A DNA stretch of 64,000 nucleotides from an uncultured Candidatus Binatia bacterium (GTDB taxonomy: Bacteria; Desulfobacterota; Binatia; UBA9968; JAJDTQ01). Both the position numbers and the translations under genes were made by a program. This document shows positions 41,423 through 50,715 of the stretch, in pieces. The DNA lies in NCBI GenBank assembly GCA_965215605.1, contig OZ244070.1, forward strand, positions 96,001 through 160,000. The letters are read 5' to 3'. How positions within the stretch are numbered: position 1 is the first letter of the stretch; each line of letters starts with the position of its first letter. A model generated the notes under the pieces. The model was not told the origin of the DNA and ran no database searches. It saw only the letters and a program-made list of their open reading frames with translations.

Positions 41423-42469
41423 CTATGGGGCGGAGCGGCCCGGCCCCAGGGCGAGCCCCCCGTCGCCGCCCCCGCTCGCGGCGTTGGCGGCGTCGTCCTC
41501 GGCGATGAGCCTGCAGGCCACCAGCACCAGTATCGGGACGATGTACATGTGGCCGCTGACCCACATGATGCCGCCGCCGAGGGCCTGGTCCTGGACCGGG
41601 CTCAATTTCTCGATCACCGGAACGGCCGCGTAGAACGGATACAGAACGCGCTCGGGCAGGGCGATGGCCATGCCGAGCAGCGTGTTCTGAAGGGTCGCAG
41701 CCAGCAGGTACACGATTCTCCACCCCAACGGGCGCATGGGGCGGAACAGCGGCGCGGCGTTGACGACGGGCCACCAGAAGAGCACGGCCGTGCCGAAGAA
41801 CAGCCAGTGCTCCAGGTCGTGCAGCCACCAATACTCCAGCGCGGCCTGGTACAGCGCGGGGTGGTGCCAAGCCCACAGGTTCGCCACGTAGAGGGCCCAG
41901 GCTACCGGCATGGAGGTCAACACGGACAGCGCGGACCGGAGCGGAGCGCCGTCGCGGAACAGCGCGGCGAAGCGCTCCCGGATCGCGGCGGGGAGGCCCC
42001 AGACCACGGCGGCAAAGGGGTTGGCCAGGAGGATCCCCAGCGGCGCCACCATCAGCAGCAGGATGTGCTGCACCATGTGCATGCTGAGCCGCTCCGAGGC
42101 CAGACGGTCCACCGGAGAGACCAGCGCTGTCAGGAGGGCGGCGATGCCGCCGAGGTAGAGAGCCAGACCGGACAGGGTGGCGGCGCCATCGGCCTGTCTG
42201 CGGAGCCGGCGCCACCCGGTGAGATAGACGGCCGCGGCCAGCGCCAGTGCCAGAAGAATGTCCGCGCGGAAGTTCCACGGGATCATCCCGAACACCAAGA
42301 CCAGTGCGTCGAACGGCAACGGCTCGTGCGGTGAGCCGCCGTGACCGTAGAGTGCCCCCGGCCACCACCACGCCGCCAGCGTCAGGCCGGCGGTGTTCGC
42401 CGCGGACCGGAGCCGCGGCCTCGGGCTTCTCTTCCCGTCCGCCAGACGGCACCGGCCGCCGGGTCTCAA
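41423..42469 (-). CDS. Cytochrome c oxidase assembly protein, Caa3_CtaG family; start uncertain
   Basis: SMHMVQHILL, WAWHHPALY, HDLEH, FWWPV, DQALGGGIMW. Confidence 0.85.
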   Translation of the reverse strand: MRPGGRCRLADGKRSPRPRLRSAANTAGLTLAAWWWPGALYGHGGSPHEPLPFDALVLVFGMIPWNFRADILLALALAAAVYLTGWRRLRRQADGAATLSGLALYLGGIAALLTALVSPVDRLASERLSMHMVQHILLLMVAPLGILLANPFAAVVWGLPAAIRERFAALFRDGAPLRSALSVLTSMPVAWALYVANLWAWHHPALYQAALEYWWLHDLEHWLFFGTAVLFWWPVVNAAPLFRPMRPLGWRIVYLLAATLQNTLLGMAIALPERVLYPFYAAVPVIEKLSPVQDQALGGGIMWVSGHMYIVPILVLVACRLIAEDDAANAASGGGDGGLALGPGRSAP

Positions 42470-42831
42470 GACACCCGCCACAGCATGAACCCCCAGGAGG
42501 GCAGCAGCGCCACGGCGCCGAGGAACCAGTAGACGGCCCCCGGGACTGTCGCCGGCCGCGCCTTGAGCCGTCTCACGCAGAACTCCGTGACAATGACGCC
42601 CAGCAACCCGCTGGCGGTCGAAAGCGCGAGCAGTGCCTTCATGCCCTTGTCCGGATTCTCTCCCGACAAACCGCCCAGCAACACCATCAGGGCGATGATC
42701 CAGGCCGGCGCCGTGGCCGCGAGGCCCACCATCCAGTAGCGCTCGGGCTTGCCGAGACGATCCCGCAGACAGGCCGACGCCAGCGCTCCCGCCAGCACGC
42801 CGATCACTCCGATCCAGATGGATAGCGTCAC
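42466..42831 (-). CDS. Small four-TM membrane protein
   Basis: GTG start after purine-rich SD; hydrophobic; stop overlaps next gene. Confidence 0.6.
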   Translation of the reverse strand: MTLSIWIGVIGVLAGALASACLRDRLGKPERYWMVGLAATAPAWIIALMVLLGGLSGENPDKGMKALLALSTASGLLGVIVTEFCVRRLKARPATVPGAVYWFLGAVALLPSWGFMLWRVS

Positions 42832-42863
42832 TCCCCTGCTCCTTCTCCGGCGGCGTCCGAACG

Positions 42864-42889
42864 CGGGCGGGTTTGAAACCCGCCCCTGC
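42864..42889 (-). repeat. GTAG-type REP-like palindrome, copy 2 (GCAG variant)
   Basis: Reverse strand GCAGGGGCGGGTTTCAAACCCGCCCG. Confidence 0.75.
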
Positions 42890-42990
42890 ACGGAAATCTA
42901 ACAGCCGGGACCGTGACTTGAAAGCGCGCCCCGGGCCTGGGCTTGCCGGTGGCGCCCACTACGCGTAAGACGGGAGCATCGAGCCCCGAC

Positions 42991-44205
42991 ATGCGCTTTT
43001 CCGTTTCCTCCCTGTTCGACCTGGGCGAGCTTCCCGCGGAGCTTCGCCGCTCGCTGAGCCTCGTCTACGCCTCCAGCGTGCTGGCGATCATGGGGGTGAA
43101 CCTCATCCAACCGGTGCTGCCGGCGATGATCGCGCCGTTCGGCATCACCGACGCCGACGTCGGGCTGGTGATCGCGGTCTACACCGCTCCCGCCATCCTG
43201 CTGGCGCCGCTCCTGGGAATCGCGGCCGACCGCTGCGGCCGGCGGCCGCTCCTGGCGGGAGGATTGATCCTGTTCGGCGCGGCCGGCACCGCCGTGGCCT
43301 TCGCCCCGGACTTCCGCTGGGTGCTGGCGCTGCGGGCGGTGCAGGGCATCGGCTTCAGCGCCGTCATCCCGCTCACCATCGTGCTTATCGGCGACCTGCT
43401 GGAGGAGCGCCGGGAGGTATCCGGCCAGGGCATGAAGGTCTTCATCGACCGGATCGGCGAGCTGGTGCTGCCGCCCCTCGGCGGCGCCCTTGCCCTGGTC
43501 GGCTGGCGCTGGCCGTTCCTGTCCTACGCGGCCGCCGTTCCCCTGGGGTTGCTGGTGCTCCGTTGGATGCCCGAGACCCGTGGAACCAGCTCCGCTTCGC
43601 TGGGGCGCTACCTCAGGGACGTGGCCCGGGTGGCCAGGAACCCGCGGCTGCTGCTGGCCTTCGCCGCCGGCTTCCTGCGCTTCTTCCTGGACTACGCGTT
43701 CTTCACCTATCTGCCGCTGTTCGTGGTCCGGACCCACGGCCTCACCACCGCCGGGGCGGGGCTGCTGCGGTCCCTGCACGCGCTGGGCGCCATGGTCACT
43801 TCCAGCCAGGCCGGGCGCCTGGCGGGCTCGTGGGACAAGGGGACCCTGGTCCTCGGCGCCTTCATCGTGAGCGGGCTCGCCCTCCTGGCGGTCCCCTTCA
43901 CTCCGGACATGGCAACCCTGGCTCCGGTGCTGCTGTTCTATGGAGTGGCCAACGGAATCATCTCGCCGATGCAGAAGAGCCTGTTGACCCAGAACGCCCC
44001 GCTGGAGCTGCGTGGCGGCGTCATCTCCCTGGACCGGCTGAGCCAGCAGATCGCCAAGACCGCCGGGGTGTCCGGCATCGGCCTGATGCTGGGGGTGGCG
44101 GAGATATCCACGCTCTTCTGGATCATGGCGGTGCTGTCGTTCGTGAGCGTCGGGCTGATGGCGCCCCTGGCCTGGAGCTCCAGGGACCGGGCGCTAGCGC
44201 CTTGA
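42991..44205 (+). CDS. MFS transporter (DHA1-like)
   Basis: GIAADRCGRRP, LRAVQGIG, GWRWPF. Confidence 0.9.
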   Translation: MRFSVSSLFDLGELPAELRRSLSLVYASSVLAIMGVNLIQPVLPAMIAPFGITDADVGLVIAVYTAPAILLAPLLGIAADRCGRRPLLAGGLILFGAAGTAVAFAPDFRWVLALRAVQGIGFSAVIPLTIVLIGDLLEERREVSGQGMKVFIDRIGELVLPPLGGALALVGWRWPFLSYAAAVPLGLLVLRWMPETRGTSSASLGRYLRDVARVARNPRLLLAFAAGFLRFFLDYAFFTYLPLFVVRTHGLTTAGAGLLRSLHALGAMVTSSQAGRLAGSWDKGTLVLGAFIVSGLALLAVPFTPDMATLAPVLLFYGVANGIISPMQKSLLTQNAPLELRGGVISLDRLSQQIAKTAGVSGIGLMLGVAEISTLFWIMAVLSFVSVGLMAPLAWSSRDRALAP

Positions 44206-44253
44206 CTTCGAACCGGCCCGTTGATGTAGTGCCCCACCAGGAGGAGGACACCC

Positions 44254-44646
44254 ATGCCCAGATATACCCGGGACCACATCCATCTCAGGAGCCGGGATCC
44301 CAAGGCCACGGCGCAGTACTACCACGACATGTTCGACGCGAGGATCGTCGAGACCGTCCAGACCGACGGGCGTCCCCGGGTCGACCTGGAGATAGACGGC
44401 CTGACCATCTGCATCGCCAGGGCGCAGCCGGAGCACGACTCGGCGCCGGAACGGCCGTACGTCGGACTCGACCACTTCGGGCTGCAGGTGGAGGACCTCG
44501 ACGAGGCCGCCGCGGACCTGAGGAAACGGGGCGCCGAGTTCTACTCCGAGCCGCGCCTGCTCCGCCCCGGCCTCAAGATCGCCTTCGTGCGCGCTCCGGA
44601 CGACGTCCGCATCGAGATCCTTGAACGAAAGAACGACGCCACGTAG
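44254..44646 (+). CDS. VOC (glyoxalase) family protein
   Basis: DHIHL, GLDHFGL, FVRAPDDVRIEILE. Confidence 0.9.
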   Translation: MPRYTRDHIHLRSRDPKATAQYYHDMFDARIVETVQTDGRPRVDLEIDGLTICIARAQPEHDSAPERPYVGLDHFGLQVEDLDEAAADLRKRGAEFYSEPRLLRPGLKIAFVRAPDDVRIEILERKNDAT

Positions 44647-44669
44647 GGGCGGGTTTCAAAACCCGCCCG
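44643..44669 (+). repeat. GTAG-type REP-like palindrome, copy 3
   Basis: GTAGGGGCGGGTTTCAAAACCCGCCCG. Confidence 0.78.
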
Positions 44670-44699
44670 TGTCGCGGACCGGCGCTCCGGGACCGGCGT

Positions 44700-45788
44700 C
44701 TACGTTTCCCGGAACTCCGCGCCGTCGATGGGAAGCTCGGTGCCCAGCCCCTTCTCCCTGGCGCGCTGGTAGAGCAACTCGCCGATGGCCTGGTCGCCCA
44801 CGCCCCAGAAGGCATTGTTCTTGTAGAAACTGATCTGCTCCTCGGACGTCCGCCCGGGCACTTGCCCGGCCAGCAACTCGCCGAGGTCCCACACGTCGTC
44901 CCAGGTGATGACGCCCTGCTGGACCGGATCCCACAGCACCCCGGGCTCGTCCAGGATCTCCTGCCGCTTGGAGTTGCAGACGATGATGTCGCAGCGCTGA
45001 AGCGTCTTGTCGTCCACCTCGCGCCGCTTCTGCTGGATGAAACCGCCGCGCATGAGGCCGATGTTGCTGGAGACGATGGAGCACAGGTGCACCCCCGGCT
45101 CCAGCCAGTCGCCGTCGAAGGTGGGCACGTTGGAGTTGGTCACCGACAGCAGCACGTCCACGCCCTGGACCGCTTCGCGGTTGGTGGCCACCGGGCGCAC
45201 CTCCATGTCCAGCAGCTCGGTCATCTTGGCGGCGAACCGGGTGCGGTTTTCCGGATTGGGGCTGTAGACCTTGGCTTCCTCGATGCCGGGGATGACCGCC
45301 TTGGTCGCGAGCAACTGGCACTCCGCCTGGGCCCTGGAGCCCAGCACCCCCACCACCCTGGAGCTCTGGCGCGCCAGGTGCTTGATGCCCACCGCGGTGG
45401 AGCAGGCGGTCTGGACGTTGACCACGTTGTTGGCGTCCGGCAGTTCCTTCACCCGGACCTCGCCCACCGTGATGCACTTGAGCTCGGCGTTGTTGCCGTT
45501 GAACATCACCCGCACCGGGCGCCCCCGGGTCTGGTAGGTCTGGATGCCGTTGTCGTGGATCATCACGTGCTCGCAATGGGTCAGGATTCCCGTGACCCCT
45601 GCGGAGTTCGGCGCCCCCTGGTGCACCGTGACGCGGGCGTTGTCCACCGAGTGCACGCGGCGCCTCAGCGCCCCCAACTCGCGGTTCTTCGCCCAGTCCA
45701 TGTAGCCCCGCTCCATGGCGTCCACCGCCTCTTTCATCGTGATGAGCCCGGCCATGTCCTCGGGGCCCAGCAGTAGTACCGATGCCAT
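44700..45788 (-). CDS. Ornithine cyclodeaminase / mu-crystallin family protein (divergent)
   Basis: KHLAR, GVLGSRAQA, VYSPNPENR, WLEPGVH, PGRTSEEQISFYK. Confidence 0.85.
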   Translation of the reverse strand: MASVLLLGPEDMAGLITMKEAVDAMERGYMDWAKNRELGALRRRVHSVDNARVTVHQGAPNSAGVTGILTHCEHVMIHDNGIQTYQTRGRPVRVMFNGNNAELKCITVGEVRVKELPDANNVVNVQTACSTAVGIKHLARQSSRVVGVLGSRAQAECQLLATKAVIPGIEEAKVYSPNPENRTRFAAKMTELLDMEVRPVATNREAVQGVDVLLSVTNSNVPTFDGDWLEPGVHLCSIVSSNIGLMRGGFIQQKRREVDDKTLQRCDIIVCNSKRQEILDEPGVLWDPVQQGVITWDDVWDLGELLAGQVPGRTSEEQISFYKNNAFWGVGDQAIGELLYQRAREKGLGTELPIDGAEFRET

Positions 45789-45826
45789 TGCAACACCTCC
45801 CTGACAGTCGTCCGTTTACCGGCGCC

Positions 45827-46996
45827 TTAGTTGACTGGCGCCGCTCCTCGCTTCAATAGCAGAAAGAGCCGGCCCGGGCTCTTCATGTATCCCGCCTGGG
45901 CTCCGGCCGAGTCGCCAGCGCCGAAATAGAGGTCCACCCGCGCCGGACCCCGGATCGCCGCGCCGGCGTCCTGGTTGAGAACGAACCGCCCCACCGGGCG
46001 CCAGCCCGCCAGCGCGCCGTCATCGTCCACCACGGGCGTCCGGGTCTCGACGAACAAGAGCGCCCCCTTGGGGTAGATCCGGTGATCCATGGCCGCCGAA
46101 CGGCCCGCCGTGAGCGGAACCCCGAGACTTCCCAGCGGCCCCCTCTCGTCCAACCGGAAGAAGATGTAGCGCTCGTTCCGCGCGAACAACTCCTCGCGCT
46201 CGCCCGGAAACTCCGCGAGCCAGGCGCGGATGCGCTGCATCGACATGGACTCCCCGTCCAGCCTGCCCTGGTCGATGAGCACCTTGCCGATGCTGGTGTA
46301 GCGCATGCCGTTGGTGGCCGCGAAGTTGAGCGGGATCTCGCGCCCGTCGGCCATCCGCAAGAGCCCCGAACCCTGGATATGCAGAAAGAAGCGGTCCACC
46401 GGGTCCCGCAGCCACGCAATCTCGTAACCCCTGCCCTTGAGGCTGCCCAGCACGTCGATGTCGCGGCGGGTGTAACCGGCCGCCTTCCGGGCCCGGCCGC
46501 GCAGCTCGTCCGGCTCCCGATAGACGGGATAGCGGTAGTCCGCGGTCTCCACCGGGCTGGCGTCGATTACCGGCTGATAGTAGCCGGTGAACAGGACGTC
46601 GCGCCGTGCCGCGTTCAGGGGCGCGGGAAAGAAATCGAACCGCTCCGCCACCCGATGGGGCCACGCCTTGTCCGATACCGTCGGGTTGTCCAGGAGATCC
46701 AGAAACTCGGCCAGGGACGCCCGGATCTCTTGCGCCGTAACCCGCCTGGGCCACTGTCCCAAAGGCCGCGCCGCCGGGACCGCATCGAGGAACCGCAGGC
46801 TCTCCGCCACGGCCGCCCGGAGCGACCGCGCGCCGTGATCGTCCGGGACCTCCACCGGCAACCTGGGGGCTTGGCCCGGCTGCGCCAGGGGCGCCGGGGG
46901 CAGCGGCAGCGCCGGCCCGCAACCGCCCAGCAGTTGAAGCGCCGCGAACACGACCCCAAGGACCCGCGCCGCGCTCCGCCCCTCCCGCCAAGCCAC
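45827..46996 (-). CDS. mltA: Membrane-bound lytic murein transglycosylase A (lipoprotein)
   Basis: Lipobox LGGC, FTGYYQP, FFLHIQGSG, YTSIG, QDAGAAIRG..RVDLYFG. Confidence 0.9.
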   Translation of the reverse strand: MAWREGRSAARVLGVVFAALQLLGGCGPALPLPPAPLAQPGQAPRLPVEVPDDHGARSLRAAVAESLRFLDAVPAARPLGQWPRRVTAQEIRASLAEFLDLLDNPTVSDKAWPHRVAERFDFFPAPLNAARRDVLFTGYYQPVIDASPVETADYRYPVYREPDELRGRARKAAGYTRRDIDVLGSLKGRGYEIAWLRDPVDRFFLHIQGSGLLRMADGREIPLNFAATNGMRYTSIGKVLIDQGRLDGESMSMQRIRAWLAEFPGEREELFARNERYIFFRLDERGPLGSLGVPLTAGRSAAMDHRIYPKGALLFVETRTPVVDDDGALAGWRPVGRFVLNQDAGAAIRGPARVDLYFGAGDSAGAQAGYMKSPGRLFLLLKRGAAPVN

Positions 46997-47010
46997 CGGA
47001 CGGCGGCGCC

Positions 47011-48099
47011 TCAGTCCCGGATGTCCTGGGTGAACCATTCCGTGGGCAGCTCGCGCCCCATGCCCTTCTCCTTGGCCATCTGGTAGACCCGCCCGGCGCA
47101 AGCCGCGAACTGAAGGCCCTGGGTTCCCGCGTTGATGAAGAAGGTGGTCTGATCGGGGCTGGTCCGCCCCGGCTTGCGGCCGAGCTTCACGTCTATGAAG
47201 TAGCTGAAGTAGTCGCCGGTATAGACGTCCTGCACGGGGTTCGGTATGCGCGCGATCTCCTCGGGCTGACCGGCCACGTAGCCCACGTTGCCGTGGAGCC
47301 GCACCATGCCCTCGTCCATGGTGACCACGGTGTTCCGCCCCAGCTTCACCGAGATATCGCAGGCCTTCACCACCCGGGGGCCGATCTCGCAGGCGCGCAC
47401 GCAGGTGATGTGGGCGCCGCGCTTGAGCCACTCCGGATTGTCGAACACAACCCGGGTGGAGTCGGTGCAGGCGGAGATGATGTCGGCCCCCCGGACCACG
47501 TCCTCCGGCCGGTCCACCGCAACGACCTTGAGGCCCAGGGTCTCGCTCATCTCGGCGGCGTAGGCCTCGCGGTTCGCCTTGGTCGGACTGTAAGCCCTCA
47601 CTTCCTCGATCTTCCGCACCTCGTTGAACGCCATGAGATAGGTCCGCGCCATGCCGCCGGAGCCGAACATGCCCACCACCGCGGCATCCTCCCGGGCGAG
47701 TTCCTTGGCGCCCAGTCCGGCGCAGCCTCCCACCCGCATGTGCTGCAGCACGCCGTCATTGATGATGGCCAGGGGCTCGCCGTTGGCGATGCTGAACACC
47801 ATGATGAGCCCGCAGTAGTTGCCGGGCTCCATGCAGTACTTCTCCTCGGTGTCGCCGCCCGGCCAGTAGACCACGTCCGACTTCATCCGGATCGCGAACG
47901 TGCCGATGGTGCGGCTGGCCCCTTCCATGGTGCCCCAGCGGTAGTAGCCGTCGGGCCGCTCGCAGGGCACCCACACATCCAGCCGCGGCCGGTACACCGC
48001 GTCGTTGCGGCCGAGATCGTCATAACCTGTCTCCAGCGCGTCGAGACAGGCCTTCATGTTCATCAGCTCTTCCACTTCCTGGTTATTGATGAGCAGCAT
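47011..48099 (-). CDS. Ornithine cyclodeaminase / mu-crystallin family protein
   Basis: QHMRVG, GMFGSGGMA, YSPTKANR, PGRTSPDQ, GTQGLQFAA. Confidence 0.88.
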   Translation of the reverse strand: MLLINNQEVEELMNMKACLDALETGYDDLGRNDAVYRPRLDVWVPCERPDGYYRWGTMEGASRTIGTFAIRMKSDVVYWPGGDTEEKYCMEPGNYCGLIMVFSIANGEPLAIINDGVLQHMRVGGCAGLGAKELAREDAAVVGMFGSGGMARTYLMAFNEVRKIEEVRAYSPTKANREAYAAEMSETLGLKVVAVDRPEDVVRGADIISACTDSTRVVFDNPEWLKRGAHITCVRACEIGPRVVKACDISVKLGRNTVVTMDEGMVRLHGNVGYVAGQPEEIARIPNPVQDVYTGDYFSYFIDVKLGRKPGRTSPDQTTFFINAGTQGLQFAACAGRVYQMAKEKGMGRELPTEWFTQDIRD

Positions 48100-48216
48100 G
48101 CGTGTTCCTTCCGGTCGTTGGGTTGGTCAGGCCCTATTTTCCTATACGATGCAAGGCACCTTGAAAAGGGACGCCCGGCACAGTCGAGGACACGGACAGG
48201 TCGGCCAATCCCCCGG

Positions 48217-48280
48217 GACCCTGGGTCAAACTTGCCTCGGCCTTGACCCCGGATCAGGTCCGGGGCAGGCTCCGGGGTCC
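48217..48280. repeat. Nested palindromic element in divergent intergenic region
   Basis: GGGTCAA...TTGACCC followed by CCCCGGA-TCAGG-TCCGGGG. Confidence 0.45.
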
Positions 48281-48396
48281 GGAGACGCTGAGGCACCCGC
48301 CCTTGGCACCGACGCACAGTTGATGATCCGAGGCCCGGCCTGTATGCTCTCAGGCCGGCAACGGAAGCCGCCCGACGGCTCGGAAGCCTGACCCCC

Positions 48397-49509
48397 ATGG
48401 ACGCGGACATCATCGCAAAGCAGCGGAAAGCGATGGAGGAGCGGGGCCTCGACGCCCTCATCGCCAGCTCCCCCGAAAATCTCGCCTATACCACGGGTTT
48501 CGTGGTGCCATCCCAACTCCTCATGCGCTGGCGTCACGCCATGTGCATCGTCGACCGCTCCGGCCACGCCACCATGGTCACCATCGACATGGAGGAGACC
48601 ACGGTCAAGGCCCACGCCGCCTTCGACGACATCCGCGTCTACCGGGAGTTCACCGACGATCCCATGCGCGAGGTGGCCGCCGCACTGAAAGACCGGGGGC
48701 TGGCCGGAGCCCGGGTGGGCGTGGAGATGGACTATCTTCCCGCCGGAGACTTCGCCACCCTCCGGGACCTGCTGCCGGACACCCGCTTCGTGGCCGCCGA
48801 CGGTCTCTTCTGCAAACTCCGCCAGGTCAAGACGGCGCGGGAGATCGCGCTCCTCCGCTCCCTGAGCCGCATCACCGACTCGGCCATCGGCGGGACCCTG
48901 GCATGCGCGCTTCCGGGCATGACCGAGCTGGAGATGGCCGGGGATCTCACCGGGCGGATCTTCGCCGGCGGCGCGCAGCACTTCAAGCTCATGATCATCG
49001 CCTCCGGCGAACGCAGCCAGTTCCCCAACGTCGGCCCCACCGACCGGGCGCTTGGGAAGGGCGACCTGATCCGCATGGAGATTTTCGGGGTCCTCGACGG
49101 CTACCACGCCGGCGTGTGCCGCACCGCGGTGGTGGGCGAGCCGACGCCGGAACAGGAGCGCATCTGGGACAACCTGGTCGAGTGCAAGCACTTGGTCATG
49201 GACCTCATCAGGCCCGGGGCCCTTGCCAAGGCAGTGTACCAGCGGTTCCTCGAAAAATTCGACGAACTGGGGCTGGAACCCATCAGCTTCGTGGGCCACG
49301 GCATCGGCGTGTTCCTGCACGAAGAGCCCTACCTGGGGCGCTACGGCGAGGAGGTGCTGGAGGAAGGCATGGTGGTGGCCATCGAGCCGCTGGTCTACAT
49401 CCCCGGCCGCATGGGGCTTCAGAACAAGGACATGCTGCTGGTGACCCAGGACGGCTGCGAACTGCTCTCGGACGCCACCGGCACGGACAAGCTCATTCCG
49501 ATCGGCTAG
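48397..49509 (+). CDS. M24 (Xaa-Pro peptidase / creatinase fold) hydrolase with altered metal ligands
   Basis: ENLAYTTGF, RQVKTARE, GHGIGVFLHEEP, AIEP. Confidence 0.85.
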   Translation: MDADIIAKQRKAMEERGLDALIASSPENLAYTTGFVVPSQLLMRWRHAMCIVDRSGHATMVTIDMEETTVKAHAAFDDIRVYREFTDDPMREVAAALKDRGLAGARVGVEMDYLPAGDFATLRDLLPDTRFVAADGLFCKLRQVKTAREIALLRSLSRITDSAIGGTLACALPGMTELEMAGDLTGRIFAGGAQHFKLMIIASGERSQFPNVGPTDRALGKGDLIRMEIFGVLDGYHAGVCRTAVVGEPTPEQERIWDNLVECKHLVMDLIRPGALAKAVYQRFLEKFDELGLEPISFVGHGIGVFLHEEPYLGRYGEEVLEEGMVVAIEPLVYIPGRMGLQNKDMLLVTQDGCELLSDATGTDKLIPIG

Positions 49510-49519
49510 CGGAGCGAAG

Positions 49520-50680
49520 ATGAAGATCCAATCCATCGAAACCATTCCGGTCAGGCTGCCCACGCGCCGGGTCCACCAGTGGGCCAACCTCAAGACCCCC
49601 ATCGGCGTCTACCTGCTGGTCCGGCTGGAGACGGACGATGGCTGGACCGGCCTGGGCGAGGCGCCGGCGCTGAAGGACTGGGGCGGCGACCACATGCGCT
49701 ACTACGGCGAGACCCCGGCGTCGGTGGCCGGGGTGATCCACGACATCCTGGCGCCGAGCATCGTGGGCGAGGACCCGCGCCGCATCGAGTGGATCCACAC
49801 CCTCATGGACCAGGCCGTCAAGGGGTACCCCTACTCCAAGGCGGCCATCGACATGGCGCTGTACGACGTGGTGGGAAAGGCCGCGGCTGTACCCGCCTAC
49901 CAGCTCCTGGGCGGACTCTACCGGGAATCGGTCCCCATCTCCCACAGCATCGGCCTCATGGACATGGACGAGGCAGTGGCCGAGGTGAGGCGCGTCCAGG
50001 CAGAGGGCGTCAAGACCATCAAGCTCAAGGGCGGGGTGGAGCCGGGACGGGATGTCGAGTTGCTGCGGCGCGTCCGGGAAGCCCTGGGGCCGGACATGAA
50101 CCTCACGGTGGACGCCAACAACGGCTACCGGTCCGCCAAGGAAGCGGTCCGGACCACCAAGGCCATGGAGCCTTACAACATCCTCTACATGGAACAGCCC
50201 GTGGAAGGCCTCGACGCCATGGCCGAGGTCACCCGGCGGGTGGACACTCCCGTCATGGCCGACGAGAGCGCCTGGACCACCTGGGACGTCCTGGAGATCA
50301 TCGAGAAGAAGGCCGCCGACATCATCTCCATCTACACCACCAAGCCCGGCGGCCTGCTCAAGGCCAAGAAGGTGGCCGCCATCGCCGAGGCCGCGGGGTT
50401 CCCGTGCAACGTCAACGGCTCGGTGGAAATGGGTGTAGGCAACGCCGCCAACGTCCACCTGGCCGCCTCCACCGCGGCGGCGAACCTGGCCTGCGTGATC
50501 CCGGTCACCGTCCCGGACGCGGAAGCCTCGGGACGCACCGCCGGCATCTATTACAAGGACGACATCGTCACCGAGCCGTTCGAGTTCGCCGACGGCGCGG
50601 TCAAGGTGTCCGACCGGCCCGGGCTGGGCATCGAGCTGGACGAGGAGAAGGTGGAGCGGTACCGGACGGACCGGGGATAA
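49520..50680 (+). CDS. Enolase superfamily, muconate cycloisomerase / dipeptide epimerase-like
   Basis: KAAIDMALYD, KLK, VDAN, EQP, ADES, KPGG. Confidence 0.9.
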   Translation: MKIQSIETIPVRLPTRRVHQWANLKTPIGVYLLVRLETDDGWTGLGEAPALKDWGGDHMRYYGETPASVAGVIHDILAPSIVGEDPRRIEWIHTLMDQAVKGYPYSKAAIDMALYDVVGKAAAVPAYQLLGGLYRESVPISHSIGLMDMDEAVAEVRRVQAEGVKTIKLKGGVEPGRDVELLRRVREALGPDMNLTVDANNGYRSAKEAVRTTKAMEPYNILYMEQPVEGLDAMAEVTRRVDTPVMADESAWTTWDVLEIIEKKAADIISIYTTKPGGLLKAKKVAAIAEAAGFPCNVNGSVEMGVGNAANVHLAASTAAANLACVIPVTVPDAEASGRTAGIYYKDDIVTEPFEFADGAVKVSDRPGLGIELDEEKVERYRTDRG

Positions 50681-50715
50681 GTCGGGAATGACCTGTCCGG
50701 GCGCCGGGATCGATC

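Noticed and set aside
45827-47431. 534-aa MltA with long N-terminal extension
   Set aside because: Extension overlaps the OCD gene in another frame; lipobox supports a start near 46996
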